Of a DNA stretch of 64,000 bases, positions 26,270 to 41,700 are shown piece by piece. Position 1 is the first letter of the stretch, and every line of letters starts with the position of its first letter. The notes under the pieces were generated by a model. The model saw only the letters and a program-made list of their open reading frames with translations, was not told where the DNA came from and did not search any database. The translations under genes were made by a program, and so were the position numbers. The stretch is taken from contig CM022679.1 of assembly GCA_012295275.1 (NCBI GenBank), positions 25,792,001-25,856,000 of the forward strand, in the 5' to 3' direction. Source of the stretch: Chrysomallon squamiferum (Eukaryota; Animalia; Mollusca).

Positions 26270-27533
26270 ACACGAATTACCGGAAATTAATAATATTCTG
26301 CTCTTACCAAACAAAAGAGTTATCTTTCGGTTTGTTTGTAAATCCCTTTCTGCATCAGGACGACCTAACATTACCATTCGTTGCGGTAAGTGTAAGATAA
26401 GCAGTTTTGATTAGATCTACTAATAGAGGTTTTAACTGAAAATTTATAATACAGTTATTACAAAACGAGGGACATATTCGACCACCACAGGTGAATGACT
26501 CATAAACCGTTAGAGGTTTTACTATGATTTATTGCTGTTCAGCTATTTCAGATACAGAAAAGTCATTTGAAACTGTTTAAACTAACATTCGTTTGTCAAA
26601 TATACACATTTTTCCTTCTCGTGATCATAAGACTTTCTATTGCAATAAAAGAGTTGGATTTTTATTTATTATATATTTTTTTTTATTTTAATCTTCAGTA
26701 ATTGATGGACTATCAAAAAACCTTCCTTCGAATGGCAGTAGCTTTGAAAGATGTTTACAAATATGGACATTTAATTGATAGGAGAAAAGACTATCGAAAT
26801 ATCAAAGATGATTACAAACTTTTACCAGTTTTCAAAGTGAAACCTCTTGAACAAGTATTTTATAACAAGAGTTGATACTAACCAATAAAAGATAACAACG
26901 ATTTATGTATTTGTAATTATTTATTACATATAGTAATCATTCTCATTTCTAGTTATACAATCAGAAGACGAACCTGAAGACATATGTGATGTGTTCACAT
27001 CAATATCAAGAAACTGTACATTGAAATCCATCGTCCGCTGCTGATGGTACAACACGTAAATTTTGATATTTTTTTAAGGTGTTTCTTCATATCTTGAAAA
27101 TCCTTATCATACTACGGGTTTAGTATATTCCATTTATTATGTTTTTTTTTTCCTCATTTTTTTATCCATTAAATCATAAATTTTGTTTAAATCATACAGT
27201 AAGTAAATTCTTTTAAACAAAACTTCTATAATTTTTTAATTTCATAATATCTGGTGGAACTGGTGGTAATTTTTTTATCGTCCATAATCATGGACTTTTG
27301 TTTTTTTTTTCGTTGTCTCATTTTATTTGATAAAATTTAATTCCATTTACAAAATAAAATTCCATTAAAAATATTTTATAAATAACAATTAGACAAAAAC
27401 GGTGCAATGGAGGAAATTAAAGATAATAATTTTAAAAAAAAAGCATTGAATTATGTCCCCTTAAATAATAAATGCCTGATTATTGAAACCTGGCAGACGA
27501 CTCTTCCGACCTTATCAGCACCCAAGAGTTATT

Positions 27534-27582
<49 letters not shown>

Positions 27583-27703
27583 ATATACACAACGACTATT
27601 TCGAAGTAAAGAAAAATACATAAATTCCTCACAACTAAGGATTTACATTGTGCGAACATAGGAAGGGGTGAATGTCGCAGCTGATAACATATATTATTGC
27701 ATT

Positions 27704-27734
<31 letters not shown>

Positions 27735-28056
27735 TTTTTCGACGATAATTGTTTTTCAGTGCCTCATTAAGGCATGGACTTTAATGATGCATTCCAGGAG
27801 CCTCGAGAGATTAAGTGAAAAACTATTTCATTCTCGCTCTCTCTTTTTATTTGATAATTTTACGGCGGTAGGGGGGCTCACTGTACTTATAGCACATGGG
27901 CCTACAAAATCTTAATAAGACACTGAAACAGCTCAAATAATTTTCTTTTTATTGTTTAAGAAACTGTTAAGAGAGACCGAAATGAAAAGAATGGACATTC
28001 CTAATATAAACAAATAAATGAAACAATTCGTAAATATAGTATTTCTTGTTCTTCTT

Positions 28057-28089
<33 letters not shown>

Positions 28090-28611
28090 TTTTAAACTTC
28101 AAATTGTACCTTCTCTTCCTCTTATTCTACACATTTAAATCTGTTTTCATATTATTCTGTTAAGAACTGGTAGATCTCTCTCTCTCTCCTCAAAAGTCTC
28201 ATTTATTTGCTAGCAATAAAATGTTAACAAAATACTGTGTTGGTGAGTTGCTGATATTTGTTTATTTTTATTGTGACTCATTCTGATACAAAAATCTCTG
28301 AAAACAAAAACTTTAACAGTAATTGCTAAGTATACGTATCCTCTACATTAAACGTTTTTATTCATAAACATTATTCATTTCATAGCAGTAGAGATGCATT
28401 TTAATTGTTTTTATTTGTCACAGTATTAATATATAGAACAAACCGCAATCTGTTGAATACCCAAAAGTAGTAATCCAACTTTTACTTATTTCCAGCTGTT
28501 TTTCCAACGCAGTTAGTAGACAGGAAGTAATCCATTGCTTTTACGTCTGTAGATTTCGATCACAGGTAAATTGTATTCTGAATTGTACAGATTACGATTT
28601 TCCTGTAAACT

Positions 28612-28691
<80 letters not shown>

Positions 28692-29760
28692 ATAATAATA
28701 ATAATGAACTGACTATGATAATAAAAATGATAATTGATGATAATAACGATGATGATGAAGATGATTAACAGATTATCATAGAAGTCCGCGTAACTGTTAC
28801 TTAAGGCGAGACCTGTTTTTATTTTTTTTTTTATATTTTTTTTTTTTTACTGTTATTATTTTTTAAAGAGGAGAGAGGAGAAGATACCGAGGGAACACGT
28901 GGGAAGGTGGAGTAGGCAACTGTGTTAGTAACTATGTTTTGTGTTATCTTTGTTTCAGTCTGAAGCAGGGACAAATGTTTATCCTCTTTCTGTATGTTCT
29001 GTTTTATATGTTGATAAGTTTGATGCAAGCTCCATACAGAGTTTGATTTGTGTATATTTCTAACGTAAGCTGTTAGCGAAAATTAAAGCTATAGGAATTA
29101 TAATATTTCATTTAACGCCAACTCCCACATCCTCCACCATTAAATAAATATACACGTGTCCAATAAATAATTATCCTAGTAACAAATATTGTGTTTTGTG
29201 TTCGTGGTGGATACTTGATACTATATATAGCTTATACCTATAGTATGCAAATACATGTTGTCTAATAATCAACAGTCACAGACTTTAATTGCAGGGTCAG
29301 CGGGTTCACCAAAGGCGCAATCCCTAGACAGGAAACGAGCAGTATTTTGATAGAGTCGTTAGCATTTGAAAGCTAACACCTCTTTTGCGCTGAGCCCGTG
29401 ACAAATTGCTAGAACGGCATTTTAGTCACGAACAGCGTATTCTGAAATGATTTGAAAAATTTGACTCGATTTTAATAATGACAGACTGGAGACTTTGGGC
29501 CAAGAAACCACGGTGCGAAAATTTAATAGAATATTCACAAAAAAAACACGACCTTGTTCCCTTCTTTATTTATTAAATAAAAGTAGAACGTCTCTGAAAT
29601 ATTGGCATTGATAAAGATTTTATTTTTATTATTATTTTTCTCTTCTTCTTATTTTTTTTAATAATAAATGTATAAACTTTAGTCAATTTACGAAGAACGG
29701 TATGGATTATAATCCCCTGGCTTACAGCCCGGTCAGCCCATGTATGAATCCTACAGAACC
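26270..29760 (+). repeat. Patchy segmental duplicate of ~43440-45700
   Basis: Shared ordered blocks (AGAGTTATCTTTCGGTTTG; CATAGGAAGGGGTG; CAGGAAGTAATCCA; CGGCATTTTAG.CACGAACA; ACAGCCCGGTC). Confidence 0.85.
28612..28705. repeat. (TAC)n(TAA)n microsatellite
   Basis: Seen directly. Confidence 0.98.
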
Positions 29761-29849
29761 ACGTTGTTATTGTTAAAACATGGGCTTTTTTTTTCATTAT
29801 AGCATTGTTCTCCGGTGTTACACACATAAAAACATATAAAATTAAATGG

Positions 29850-30000
29850 AAAGTCAGTCTTTTCGGCAATTTTCATTTTCACTCAATGAAGCCTGTGTGT
29901 GTTGAGAATGGCAGTTTCCACGTCTGTGCTCCAAGAACGAGAATGTTACAAGCTGCCTTTTTTTTTTTTTTTTTTTTTTTGACAAGTTTTATAGACATCA
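29850..30000 (-). pseudogene. PRPF31: PRPF31 exon remnant
   Basis: AACNILVLGAQ...HTGFI resembles Prp31 PACNIMLLGAQ...HTGYI; homologous to 48770-48905. Confidence 0.7.
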
Positions 30001-30149
30001 TCCTCTAATATCTGAATATATATTATTATTATATTTTATTTATTTTATTTTATTTATTTATTTATTTATTTATTTATCGATGTTGTTGTTGCTGCTGCAA
30101 TTGTTCTATATTATTACTCTTTGTTACTGTTATCATTATCATCACTATT

Positions 30150-30208
<59 letters not shown>

Positions 30209-30432
30209 AATATTATGTCTAAAGAAATATAATTTTCTTCATGTCTGAACGATGTTTATAAATATCGTGGAAGAAAACAAAATATCTGAGAGCAACATTA
30301 ATTATTCCGAAAATTATTCGGAACTGTATTAATTGTATTTATTTATTTTTAATTTTTAAAATTTTTATTTTATTTAATCTTATTAACATTTTGTAATATG
30401 TCTTTATGCGTATGTTCGTTTGTCTGTCTGTC

Positions 30433-30482
<50 letters not shown>

Positions 30483-32102
30483 TGTGAGAGAAGAGAGAGA
30501 AAAAGAGAACAGTCAGAAACATTAGAAAGTTTAAAATCACAAAAATCTGACAGTCAGAAACATTATCATCATATATCTATCTATCTATCTATCTATCTAT
30601 ATATATATATATTCGGGTTCATGTGTTAACAAATTCTTGATTGCATGGTTTCAGTTATTACTGTTGTTATTATTAAAATCATCTATCATTTACTTTTTCA
30701 CAGAAACATGAGCGTAAAACGTTAAAAAAAAACAATCCAGTAATATGTGGAAATCTCAAATTTTCATTGTTTCATTATGCATATAATGCTGTCCGTTTCA
30801 TTTCAGCTCACAAATTGTTGTTTATTCGTTAAATCAGAAAGGAACAAACGCACCATAATATTACATGTAGTCACGTATGTACGTAGTGGCAAGATATGAT
30901 GACTAGATAAATTTCTATTGTTTCGGACAAGTTCATAATATTGACTTCGTTAACCATTCAACAGTATTGATTTCATAAGTTTACAAATTACTAGCTTATT
31001 ATCAAGATGAGTAACTTAAAATTGTTAGCTAGCTTCTGCATATAAATTAAGAAAAAATATGTTTTATTAAACTTCATATTGTAAATCAGGTTTAAACAGA
31101 TAAACAGAAAAGAAACCTACTACTACAACACACAGCTGTTCATTTTCCATTAGCAGCTTGAGATCTTTTCAAGCAAATACCTTTAACAAAATGATCATGG
31201 GGCAATAGTTGGATTGTTTTATGTGAAAATGTCTTAACTGGATGCTCTTTCTAGCAAGCTGAACATCGATTAACTTTTAATAAATTTACCAACACCAATT
31301 GAACAAACAAAGATAATAAAATTATTAGAAAACAAATTTCGGATTCATGTGTTAAAAAAGTGTGGATTGCATGGTTTCAGTTATTAGTGTTGTTGTTATT
31401 GTTAAAATCATCTATCGTTTAATTTTTCACAGAAACATGAGCTTAAAAGGTTAAAAAAAACACACACACACATACACACAAAAAAAACATTAATATGTGG
31501 AAATCTGAAATTTTGATTGTTTGATTATGCATACAATGCTGTCCGTTTCATTTCAGCTCACAAATTGTTGTTTATTGGTTGAGTCAGAAAGAAACAAACC
31601 GACCATAATATTACATGTATTACACACGCATGTACGTAGTGACAAGATATGCTGACTAGATAAATTTCTAGTTTCGGACACTGAATTTACTTCGACAAAT
31701 ACATGTAAATTATACACAGTTAAAAGTTATTTCTTTCTGTGTGCAGTTGCTGGTTTAGATCTTAAAAGTCCATTCTGAAAATAGTTTTCATTTTAAAAAT
31801 AATAAATAAATTGTCGTTATTTATTCTATGATCTGTATATTAATTCAACTGGCAAAAACCAAATTTGTTGTTTCTTTTATACTGCTTTTATACATTTTTG
31901 TTTTAATTTGTTTTAATTTAAAACCAAATTTGTTCTTTCTTTTTTCTTCTTTTATCTTCTTTTTCTTCTTTGTTTGTTTTCTTCTTCTTCTTTCTTCTTC
32001 TTATTATTATTATTATTATTATTTTATCAGCCGAAGCAGGACTCAATTTCCAAAAAGTTTCTGTCAATAGAGAACGCATATACTCATCATCATTTTCTAT
32101 TA

Positions 32103-32146
<44 letters not shown>

Positions 32147-32617
32147 GTTATTATTACTGAATGCTACCAACTATTCACTGTGTGATAACAGATCACACAC
32201 ACCCTGGAATGTTGTTTCATTGTGTTTATTTCATACCTCACAATATCAGGTTAACTGTCCTGTACACATGCGCATTACTGTACACAGTATCACGTACTGA
32301 GAAATGTTCTAATGAAATATCGCCATAGTATTGGGTTGAGGAATAAGTCATTGAGGTTACATTAAATTTAATCATCACATAGAAGAAAACTTAAGCTTAA
32401 TTGATAACAAGATGTAATTTAATCAATAATCTATTCTCCGTTGTTATTTACCACTTTTTCCCAATGGTCAACAAGTTTTTCTGCAATAAATTTGAATCAA
32501 ATATGAACCGCAATGACTTATTTCTCAACCCAAAATATTCAGCAAAAATTATTTACACACAAGCAAAATAAATAACTAAAAATTGTGAAAAGAAAAACAA
32601 AAAAATACATGAATAGC

Positions 32618-32664
<47 letters not shown>

Positions 32665-34022
32665 TTGTTTGTTTAAAAATTAACCATAATACAAAGATGA
32701 AATCAATTTTTTTTTTGAAATCAAAATCTCTCTGAAGAACAACATTTCATATAAAATATTCAGTAAAACGTTTGTCGTAGATCTAAGCTACAAGATTACC
32801 TAAAACTGTGTAAGTTACTTTGCCTGTCTAATCAACCTGTTTCCTAAGATTTATCAGTTATTCAATGCTCCAGCGAAGCTTGTCGTCTCAAAAAGACTAA
32901 ACGCTCACTGTTACCAGTCAAACAACAACTTCACTTCATTATGTGCATAGTCAAACTCAAAGACAAAGTGTCAAAATTATAAAATCATATTCATCATGAT
33001 ACATGTTTTAAACTATTACACGTGTTTATTATTTCATGTTGTTATGATGTTTTCATTAGTTTCTTTCACCAGTTTAAAAGCATTTTCATATTATGTTCGT
33101 TATCGGACACAAACTGTGTAACATCAGGGATAACGCGACGTGGGAGAAACACTCGCTCTGTTGAACTAAACTTCACCTTATTTTTAACCCATGCCGAAGT
33201 TTAACTTGCCTGTTTTTTTTTTTTTTTTTTTTTTAAAGATTTATTTAGGATATTTTATAGAAGGTCTTTAAAACAAGGTGTGCACATTCATATTTTATTA
33301 ACTTAATACTACTAACATTTTATTTCTTCTTCTTTTCTTAATTCATGTATCTATCTATCTATCTATCTATGATGATGATGATGATTTGATAATGATGATA
33401 ATGATAACAGTATACAAGATTAATCATGTAGAAGAATAGAAACAACAACAACAAGATCGACAATAAATAAATAAATAAATAAATAATAACTACAGAAAGA
33501 TTTACATATTTTGATAAAGCACTTAACATCATTTAGTTACTAAGTGTCGGATATACGTTGTTCTGAACACGTAGCAGTTCCCAAGAATATCTTCTATTGT
33601 TTTACCTGAATAACAGCTCTTAGTATACGTATTTCTCCGTGAAAGATAAAACATAGTAAAAATTGTGCTGAATCATTAAATTTATCACTCACCTCGAACG
33701 TCTCCGAAGTATAAAAAGAGAAAAAAACAACAAGGTGACCTTTTAAGGTCATTCAAGATTTATATTTTGTGATAAAACCTCTGAACTGCACAAGTAAGTC
33801 ATGTAAAACTCATCAACTTGAAAAAGTTTTTATATTCGTTTACAGTTAGCGTACAGAGCAGTACAAAGACATCAATTTTTGTTTTCAGATTATTAGACAT
33901 AGACTGTAATCATCCAACTCTAAACACGGATACAATATACATTTCATAGTTTTTATTTTATATATATAAAACACTAAATCCAAGATAATTTTATATTTTT
34001 TGTATTATTATTGTTGTTGTTG

Positions 34023-34054
<32 letters not shown>

Positions 34055-35201
34055 TTAATTATTTTGTTTTTTAGTTTTTGTTTTGTTTAGCTAATGAGTC
34101 TATTAAGTACCAAACTTTATTTTGAAGTCACTTATGTCAGTAGATCAATAAGAGATTGTGGTTTGCAGCTGAAAATACAAAGAATTAACATGCATTCTAT
34201 GACGGAAACGTTTTAATATTTCCAAATAATAATAATAATGATAAGTCACCAAGAACAATAAACCAATTTGATATATAAAAATGTTAACAAAACCACGTTG
34301 AAGTGAAACATGAGTAAATAAATAAAATGATTAAGCCTGAATATTACAATTTAAAAAAATAAATTGTGAATATAAAAGACTAATGAAAAAAACAAAATTG
34401 ATAAATACAACAATTCATGACAAAAGCAAATATTCAACCTAACTCAGTAATGTAAACTAATAGTAAACAAAAATATTCTTCCATCCTGATTTATGATCAT
34501 AATACTAAAAACGTTCATTATGGATTTGAAAGTATTACCGATATGTTTGGTTTTAATAGCATTCATTGTCTTTGTATTTATTTTTATAATGAACATTATT
34601 ATGAACAATTCTGGAAACAGTAGATCATTTGAAGCAAATAACAGGTAAATGCAACCTTGTATTAAATATCTAGATATAAATAAATAAATAAATAAATAAG
34701 TCTTTAAAGAGGAAAATCTGAATCAGTCTTGAAACTTCTTAATCAAAAGAATTCATATCATGAGCATATTTACATAATCAATTTTTCTTTTATCGAAAAT
34801 AATAAAAATAATATCAAAAAGAAACTGTGTTATCAAGAGGAAGGTATTTTGACTTTTAACAAAAAAAATACAACAATGCAAACAACAAAACAACAATGAA
34901 AATAAAACAACATAATGAAAATTAAAAAATGTTGATAAACGCTCGATACTGAATGACACTTTAATATTTAAAAACATTTTTTATAAATAAATATTATTTT
35001 TAGTTTTCAAGTTTGTCTGTGTACATTATGAAACTAAAATTTGACAACATCGAGCGCTTGGTTTTCTGGGACGACAAGTTCATCATCGTATTAAAAGATA
35101 CCTATCAAACCTTGTAGTTTAGACAGGATCATTTAATTCTAGAATATCATGTCTCGACAAGCGTTTTAATAAATAACCTTCTACGATTTGTTTATTTGTA
35201 G

Positions 35202-36692
35202 GACATTCCTGACATTAAAAAGAAATATGAAACACTTTAAACTAACATTCTTTTGTCAATTTTCTCCTGTTCAAAGAAAAATTCTTCCCATCAAAAGCAT
35301 GGGTCATTTCTCATTCTGATCCACCAGATTCAGAAATAAAACCATGCGAACCAAAAGACGTCATGACTGCAGAGCTTCGTGGTTTACGATCCGAAATTAA
35401 AGTTGGCCTGGAATTTGAAATTAAAAACTCTAAACTGAGTTTGTACATCGGCTTCTACAAGCCACCAGAAGGCAAAGAAAAATATTTCATGAAGGTTGCT
35501 CAGGGTAAAACGGCCGTATGGGCCGCGGAAAAATGTTTTCAGAATTCAGATGTGACACCGAGTGAAAAACATTTTCAGTTCTGCCATCAAAGCAACAGCG
35601 AAGAACAGCGTACAGTTTTTACATATACCATTAAATATGTATGTATATAGTATGTATTTCTGTCTGTGCGTGTGTGTGTGTGTCCGTGTGTTTTGTTTCC
35701 ATGTTTGTATATATACAAATGTATGTGATATGGACGTATATATGTAAATATATGCTTGTACGTTTGTGCATTGTTTTTTAAATTTGAAATGGGGTGATAA
35801 AAAATAAAAAAATGTTCTTCTTACATTTAATGAGATGTTATTTCTAGTAAGATATGAAATATTTTTGCCAAAATATACAAGAAAATTACTGTATCTTAAG
35901 TGAATACTTTCAAAACTGAAACCCACATATTTCATTTGAAAGAAAAATAAGTAAATAATCAAAATTTCAAAAAATTAAAACCACAAATTAATCATTCATA
36001 TTAACACAGTACATTCAAACCAAAAATAGAAAATAAGAAATGTTCTGTTTATAGTATTAAATTATTTCTTCTCAACTTTGCGAAAGCCTAAAGTAGATGA
36101 GAAATATTTCTGATTACCTGTTTGTACTTTCTTTTTTGACAATTTCAAGTCCCTACAGAAGATATAAATATTACTTTTTAGACTTGTCTATATTAAAAAC
36201 CAATTTTCTAATTATACTGCAGGATATTTACTTCTGGAATATCATGTCAGTTTTAATGAATTTAACCTTCGATTTTAACATTTATTTACAGGACATACCT
36301 GAAAATGAGAAAAAGCTGGCTTTTCTGCTCATAAATACAATCTTGAAACTTCTCATCAAAAACATGGGCACTTCCTCTTTCTGAACCATCAAATCCAGAT
36401 AAAGACTATACGTAATTAAAATTGGGCTGGAATTTGAAATGAAAAAATACTAAACTGAGTTTGTACATCGGCTACTACAAGCCACCAGATGGCGAAGAAA
36501 AATATTTCATGGTGGTTGCTGATAAAAAAAAACCCAGCTGAATGGGCTGCCAAACAATGTTTAGACAATTCAGAAAAGTTGATGAGCGATGAAACCTATC
36601 AGCTTCGTAAGCCATCTGACAATGAAAGTAAGCCTCCAACTTACAAACACACCATTGCATATAAAAGAATTTCGTGTGGTTGCCTCGGCTAA
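35202..36692 (+). pseudogene. Two further, disrupted beta-sandwich domain exons of the same family (35202-35638 and 36292-36692)
   Basis: Motifs IKVGLEFEI..LSLYIGFYKPPEG..KYF...KTAVWAAEKC...FTYTIKY and IKIGLEFEM..LSLYIGYYKPPDG..KYF...PAEWAAKQC match the [18 protein letters not shown] pattern of genes A and B. Both exons contain frameshifts or stops relative to their acceptors. Confidence 0.7.
36062..36152 (-). pseudogene. PRPF31: PRPF31 last-exon remnant lying antisense inside the intron of the beta-sandwich pseudogene
   Basis: GLEIV...KKVQTGNQKYFSSTLGFRKVEKK*; homologous to 38780-38884 with an internal deletion. Confidence 0.8.
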
Positions 36693-37048
36693 ACTAAATA
36701 AACTAAAACATAATAGACATAAATAACTGATTTCGACAAGAAACGTTAAAGCAGTTTTTTTCATTTGTACAATTTATATTTTAATAATTCTTCTTTCAGA
36801 TTTAGTCTACACAAATATGTTGTTTAGTCAAAAGTAGAAATTTCAAGAAAAAACCAAAATCAAAAAAAAACCAAAGGAAAAACGAAGAAGAAATATTAAT
36901 CTGCATGTTTAGCATTGTTCTAAATTATTGTCAATGGTATTCTGGTATAATGAAAATGGTATTCTAATACGCAAGTTTATTAACACCTGCTAAATAAAAA
37001 TGAAGAAAACAATCGGAATAACAATATAAAATATATTTTTTAAATTCT

Positions 37049-37107
<59 letters not shown>

Positions 37108-37614
37108 CAATTTGAAGGCTATTGCGAGATTTTGATATATTCATAACATTTAACTCGTATAAATAACACATATGGTGTGGTGTACTAATTCTTATAAATA
37201 CGTAGCAGTTCCCGAGATATCAATACTACTGTGTTAAATTCATACTACGTGGTCATTTTGCTGTGTAGATTTGTTTATTAGCAGCTACTGACAACGGTAA
37301 CCGACTCCAAGTTTGAAAGGAGTAAAAATCTTTACCGCTATTTTATCACATGATGATGCAGTTAGATCACTGCAACTGTATTTAAATCTTTAAATAAAAT
37401 TATATTTAATATAAATATTAATAGGTTGGGAATTTCTTATCCAAAATACCTGGAACGTGAAGTGTTTAGATTTGGGAATGTAGGGAAATAGAATCGAACA
37501 TTGCACATGAAATAAAAATAAATTCCCTATACATTTTATTTTTGATATAATATTTTTAATAACTTCGTGCATGAAATAAAGTTTGTATACTCTCGTAAAA
37601 ATGTAAAATATCAC

Positions 37615-37662
37615 CATTTCCACTGCTCCAAAGGATTACGGATAAGGGATCCTCAGCCTGTG
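37615..37662. mobile_element. Tigger/MER46-like TIR remnant
   Basis: Reverse complement CAGGCTGAGGATCCCTTATCCGTAATCCTTTGG resembles the CAGGTTGAGTATCCCTTATCCGAAAT-type terminus. Confidence 0.55.
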
Positions 37663-38779
37663 ATGGTTTATTTTGTATACAGTTCTGTTGTTTACCTTCA
37701 CGAATCAGACAACAATTATTATTTATTTTAAATAGATACAGAACAGACTTGTCGTTTCAAGAACAAAAATAAGTGTCGAGATTTAAAATAAAATACTTAG
37801 ACTAATTTTTTTTTTTTTTTTTTTTTTTTTTTTGGACGTACTGCCATACTTAGAAAATATGTTTGCAACTATTTAGAAAGTTATAAACTGAACACGAGCA
37901 ACGGTCAGTCTGATGTTAGTTCAAGTCGACAAATTTTTTTTGTGGTTTGAATAAAAATAAAATTCTTGAAAATACAAGTTTTTGGATTTGTTATATATAA
38001 AAACTAAATTCAAAGATAATGTTTTAATTCTTTCTTTGTTTTTGGGGGGTTTTTTGTTTTGTTTTTTTTTTCTGTTGCTGTTATTTAGCTAATGAGTCTA
38101 CTGAGATTATGAATTACTATCTGCACTAAACTTTACCTTGAAGTCACTTGCATCAGAGAATCAATAAGAGGTTGCCTGTGGTTTGCAATTAACATGTAAT
38201 TTTTAATGGGAACGTTCTAATACCTCCAAATAATAAAACTATTAAAAGAAATAAAAACTTTGTTTTGCAGTAAAATTGAGAAAATTGATGGTTTTAAAAA
38301 AATAAAAAACCTATCAATACTGAATGAATATTTTGGTCATAAAAGGGGACGGAGTATAACACATACAACTTCTATCATAAAATTTAATCTAGGAATTTAA
38401 CCTCAAAGTGTTTTGAAATGGGGTGATGAAAAATAAAAAGAGAACGAAATCACTATCAGAACTTTATTTTAAAAATACAGATAAACGTCTATTTATTTCT
38501 ATTAACATTTTATAAAATTCTCTTCCTATACTTAATGTGATTTTTTTGAAAATGTAAAATAAAAATTACTGCTAAATTAAAATTTGTAATTATAAGTAAA
38601 AAGTTTCAAAACTGAAACTCACTTATTTTTTATTTGAAAGAAAGATATGAAAATCATAAAAATAAAAATATAAGAACCACCAATTATATCAATATCAATT
38701 GATATCAATATCATGCATTAAAATAATTTTTTTTTTTTTTTTTAAAACAGAGATTTTTCTAATGTTTATAGTTTTCAAA

Positions 38780-41700
38780 TTATTTCTTCTCAACTTTGCA
38801 AAAACCTGCAGTAGATGAAAAATATTTCTGATTGGATACTTGTACTTTCTTTTCTGCTGCTTGTGGGCTGAAAATTTCAAGACCCTAGAAAAAATATAAT
38901 AAAAATAAATAGGGTAAGTATTTGAAAAGCCGAAAGATAATGATGCATTGCAAGTCAGTATTCATGAAACAGCATGTCCATCAAAGTATCCATCCTAATT
39001 TTTATTTATTTATAGGTTTTTAAAAAATGCTTAAAATTTTAAATTTTTATTTAAGATTTAAAATTTTCTTTATTTTCTCATTGTTCAATGAACTCAGTAT
39101 ATAGAAAACCTACCTGCAGTGGTGTAAATGCTATACTGGATGATGTTCCTGCCACCTGATTCTTCACAGTTGTACTGCCTCCCCAAACACCGTTTGACTG
39201 CTTGCTTAACTTTTGCTGTGTTTGGGAGGGAGAGAGGAAAAAAACATCACAGCATCAACATATGTAATATAAATATATTATTATTCACAACAGAAAAATC
39301 ATCAGTGCAAAAGTCAATCCTGACGATTCTGATTGTGAAAATGTAATTGCAGACTTCGTATAAAAAATTCAAAAATAAATAAACACAGAGGAAAAAAGTA
39401 CAATTTCAATATATGTAGTTTATTATATAGATTGAATTACAACAGAAAAATTACCAGTTTAAAAGTGTATCTTGACTAGCTTTTACAAAATTATTGTGTA
39501 AATATAACAGTAAACTGAGTAAAATAAGAATAAATCAGCTTATACTGATAGCAAGAATAATCCAGTTGAGTATAAAAACTATTAAGATAGAATCAATAAC
39601 CATTACAGTAATTAGTAATTGAAGCAATATGCAATTAAAATCATGAGGTAATTTGAATAATTCATTTGAAGTCAGTAAAGTATTTAAATAATTCATTTTG
39701 TGCCAGTAAATTATTTGAATAGTTCTGTTGACATCAGGGACTTTTAAAAATAACCCATCAGACTAATGTAAATTTGCAGTTAACCATTTACCATTTGAAA
39801 ATCTTCCATAACGACACTGAAACTTTATAGTGTCAACACAGTACTATACAATAAAAATTAAAAAAACGAAGAAGAAGAAAAAAAAAAAAAAACGAGAAAA
39901 AACCAAACATATTTAGCTTTCAAATCTGACTCAAATTTTATATTGGTTAAAAATAAAATTTGTTTAATTCTGATTTTTTTCAATTTCCATTACATCTACA
40001 ACATAGTTAGCAGAAGTTTGATTCAAAGTCTTACAATGATTAGTTCTTGTTTCTGGTTCAAACATAAAACAATCTACGCTTACATCTGTTTATCAAAATC
40101 AACAAGTTTATCCTTTCCCTCATCATAAACATTTTATTTACTTTATTAAAATTTATTGTTTTTAAATCAAGAGAAATTATTTACTGACAAAATACCCTTG
40201 TGTTGTTGATGCTGTTACACTAACTACCATGATTGTTGCTGGAGTAAGGATTTCTTGAAGGAAAGTATTGTTTTTGGAATTGGTAAAAATGCCATTTCCC
40301 AGTTCCTGAAATAAAAATAATATAAAGAAACAATTACAGGATTAACAAAATGCTATCCAAATGATTTTAGTGATAATAAAATGAAGAAAAAGAAAAAAAT
40401 GATTTATTATTTATATTAATTAATAACACTGTTGCATTTATTTAACTTTTACAAATTTCATAACGTATATTTCTATAAATAGTGAGGGAAAAAATTAATG
40501 AGTTCATATAAAAACAGAGAATGTAATATATACAGTATTCTTTAAACTATGAATTAAAAAAATGACAAAATACCCTTACTGTTTATATGTGCTCCATAGA
40601 TGTCTGAACCAAAGATTCTAATTCTGGAAACCATTTTGAAAACAGATCTCATTTGAACTTGTGAATTACATCTGAAAAAATAAAAAAATAAGAACAATAT
40701 TAATTATCAAAATAATATCCTAAACATCAAAACGGTAAATCAAATATTTTTACAGTTCACTATTCTATAAATATCATTCTACTGTTAGTTCAAGATAATA
40801 AATTAAAATTTGATAATCCATCTTTTTACTAATATTTGTAATATTATGACCTTTAAAGTATTACTGGGTTTCTTCTCTTCCTAAGGTAGAAACAAGCAGT
40901 AAAAACAATGACAAAGAGGGTAAATAGGATGAGCTATATAATTACTAGATAGAAACTGATTTGCCTGGGACTGAGATAGTATATATGTCTGTTAAGAAAC
41001 CACTAGTACTTTCAGCAATGTGTATGTACTTCTCAGGTAATAGATCATGAGGTGCTATGACTCTTATAACATATCATGAAGCACTGTGATTTTATAACCA
41101 TCAGATGGGAGATAATTCTTCAACATGTACAGTGCATTATTTCTAAATCTCTATGTATCCCAGTTTATTAGTAGAAAATCAGATAAAGCCACACATTACA
41201 AACATGAAGCTAGATATCAACCGATCATCTGGTATTTCTCTACTGATCTGCTGCCATCAGTTTAAAATGATTAAATACATTATCTGATTATATCAATGGA
41301 AATAACTGCCCTCTGTGGGTAATTCTTAGTCTGAACTTAGATAAATACTTTTTATTTACAGTGTATACATCAAATTTCAAAAGAGAGAGTTATTTTAATA
41401 AGCCTGATATCTGAAACTGAAAATGAAAGATAAGAAAAACATCAGCAAATGACAATTAAAAGTCAAGAGAAAAAGAAGAAGACTATTATAGAGCAACTTA
41501 TTATTTGAGATGCAAGCAATAAATCGTTATCTGGTGTTTTAAGAAACTCACTAATCTCATTGTCAATCTCTACAGTCATATTGTTAATGCTACAATCAAC
41601 ATGTACTCAGGATCAGCTTCGACAGGTCCAGAAACTGAAAAATTAAAAGAAACAACAAATAAATACATGCAGAATTTCTATTTATAATCTTCAGTGTCTG

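Noticed and set aside
29285-29400. GC-richer patch with a short reverse-complement resemblance to U1 snRNA (GCTGACCCTGC)
   Set aside because: The match is only ~11 nt; no Sm site, U1 5' end or tRNA cloverleaf was found.
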